This document shows positions 61,515 through 64,000 of a stretch of DNA of 64,000 nucleotides, in pieces. The DNA is from Eledone cirrhosa (lineage: Eukaryota), in NCBI GenBank assembly GCA_964016885.1, contig OZ024741.1:281976001-282040000 (forward strand), written 5' to 3'. The notes beneath the pieces were generated by a model that saw only the letters and a program-made list of their open reading frames with translations, did no database searches and had not been told where the DNA came from. The first letter of the stretch is position 1; every line of letters begins with the position of its first letter. Both the position numbers and the translations under genes were made by a program.

Positions 61515-64000
61515 TGCTTTCTTTATTAACCACAAGGGTTGATACAAAGTATAACATTTAGGACAACACAGGACAATACAAATGGACATTTCTGCGCGTA
61601 AAAAACCCCAAAAAAACAGAGTGTGACAAAAGGAAACAATGAAAAATTCTCAATAGGGGGGAGACCTCCGAGGGTTGCTCGTGGAGAAAGCCTACAAGAA
61701 AAGCCACGGATACCCTGACCGCTAGAGCAAATTCCCTCTTCCAGTTTTCCGGAGCAATCTTCACGATGGACTCAGCTGATAGCCGGATCCATTCTACACG
61801 TGACAGCAGGTGTTCGGCATAAACCCACAAATCAGCAATGCTTGGACACTGGACGAGTGCATGCAGGATGGTTTCACCGCCCTGCATGCATCTCGGACAG
61901 GCTTGGATGACGGCACTTCCATGCCTGTAGAGTTTATCCCCAACTGGCAAGGCTCCCTGATAGCACTGCCAGGCCAGGGATTTCTGGAAGTTGACCATGG
62001 ACCCGGCCCGAAAGTTCTCCCGAAGAGATTGGCTAGTTGGTTTTCGTCAATGCCTAGAGTCTCCCCAAGGACGTCATTGCTCTTTCCTTCCACTAATCCG
62101 CTATAGAAAACCAAGGTGGAGTTTCCAGCGATTGTACTGCTCGACTGGTCAAGGGCTGCAAGCGCCTGAAGACATTCTAGTCTCCAAGCCCTTTCTCTCG
62201 GTCTTCACTTGACCCAGGACTGCAGCTCCATCAAGGAGACAAGCTGGGAAAACATGTGTCTAGCAAAGGGCGACCACTCCTGATCACCATCGAGGAAGAG
62301 GTGGAGATGCCGTAGCCTGAACGCATGTCTGCGCATCACCAGCCACGACATGCCTTGTCCTCCAAGTAGCGGGTGTTGACAGCAGAGGACCGCCTGACCA
62401 TCGGAGCACATCCCTTCCACAAAAAGAAAAAGAGCAAACGCTCCAGTGCGGTTAGGCGAGGCTTAGGACAAGGCACGACGGTCAGGCAGTAGTAGATGAC
62501 AGATGCGATGTACGCATTCGGCACCTCCGCTCGACCTTTCAGGGATAGCTTCCTCTCGGCCTATTTCTGAGTGAGAGAAAACACCTTGGTCGTGACCTCC
62601 TTCCAATTTTTGTCCGTCTGGAGGTCCGGACCGAACCAGACCCCTAGCAATTTAACCGGTCCGTTCGTCCAGCGCCTGATGACGCTGTTAGAAGGCATGG
62701 ACCTGCCTCTTCAGGTGCCGAGTTGCAGGCCTACTGATTTTTCCTGGTTGATCATTGCTCCTGTCACTACTTTGTATTCTCTTAGTGTGGGGCTGATCGC
62801 CTCAATGTGTTTAGTGTTCGAGACCACTACGGTGATGTCATCTGCATAAGCTGACACTGTTCTTCCGCATCCTAGTTCACGTGGGATCCCCCTCAACATC
62901 TCCAGTTTGTGCAGTAATGGCTCGAGAGTCAATACATACAACAAGGATGACAGAGGACATTCTTGGCAGATTGAGCGCATGATGTTGAACGGTTCCGAAA
63001 GGTGACCGTTCACTCTCACCACAGAGCAGATGTCGCTGTGCATGGCAGCAATCTAGCCTCTGAAGACAGAGCCGTGGCAGTCCGTCGAGGTAGGCACTGA
63101 AGTCCATTCCGCCATTGCCCCAGAATAGCTGAGCAAAGTGCTGCTGAAAAGTCGCACACATCTGCCCGGGATCATTCTGCTGCCAGTTGCAGTAGACGTC
63201 TGCCAAGAGGTCTTCGAACAAGTCTGGCATATGTATGTAAAATTCGTAGGGCAGACCATCCAACCAGGCGATTTATCCATTGTGCAGCTAGTCATTGCCT
63301 CCTGTACTTCAGCAGCTGTTATCGGCCTTTCACAACACTCCACCTCAGTGGCCGAGAGCCGCGGAAGTCCGTCGAGGTAGGCACTGAAGTCCATTCTGCG
63401 ATGCGGCCCGCCACTGCCCCCAAATAGCTGAACAAAGTGCTGCTGAAAAGCCACACACATCTGCCCGAGATTGAGTATCATGTGCCCGTCGTGGTTCACC
63501 AAAGACCGGATCGTGGCTTTGTTGCCATGACGCGCCTCCGCCACCCGGGCCCATTGAATTGCTTTTGTCCCCTCGTGTTTGAGTGCATGCACCCTAGCTC
63601 TGACAATGCAGCCTTCGTGCTTAGCGTTGAAAAATTGGTCAAGAGCCAATTTTGCCGCAAGCACGTCTGTCGTGATGCCTTTACTAAGAGCTTCGTCTAA
63701 TTTGTTAACTAGATTTCCTTCTGCTCTACTTTTTTTAGTTACTAGCGCTTTACTAAGCCTAATGGACTCTATTCTAATTGCTCTTTTCAGGGCAAACTAC
63801 TATTTGTTGTTGACGATGAACCCTGTCAACGCCCACTTAACTAATTTGCTAATCCGGTCTCTGTAAGCTTTGCGCGCTGTTAACGACGCATTTATTTTCC
63901 AGTAGCCAGGTCCCTGTCTATGAAGCCTATCTAAGTCAACCACCCAGATCACAAATTTCTGGTCCATGTAGCTGACTATCTTGAATTGTGGACAGCCTAT
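61515..64000 (-). mobile_element. Second Tx1-clade element (sister subfamily), internally deleted and rearranged, runs off the window
   Basis: GPGYWK, PG.DGLPYEFY, YADD, CPRC..ETILHALVQC; 3' end in (AAT)n. Confidence 0.9.

Overview
AT-rich, microsatellite- and transposon-dense metazoan DNA. The repeat content resembles octopus/coleoid cephalopod DNA, which is an inference. One host gene could be assembled by hand. It is a divergent alpha-catenin/vinculin-family gene on the minus strand with 12 phase-compatible GT-AG coding exons from 54853 to 22128 (about 776 aa). Its first exon was not found in the window, and it has no recognisable C-terminal actin-binding domain. The rest is a TE mosaic: RTE LINEs (one with a PHD-like finger), CR1/L2 fragments, two Tx1-like LINEs in (AAT)n, an internally deleted Gypsy element with a TSD, DD37D and DD34D mariners, hAT- and piggyBac-type MITEs, many Nin-domain SINEs and minisatellites. 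The most striking unannotated signal is a set of unrelated non-coding elements in (TA)n tracts. Three have partial-tandem (pLTR-like) structure, and they carry type I hammerhead ribozyme motifs at 586-622, 1307-1429, 10529-10564 and 25091-25173. They are candidate retrozymes or non-autonomous Penelope-like elements with unusual ribozyme variants. All folds and alignments were done by eye.
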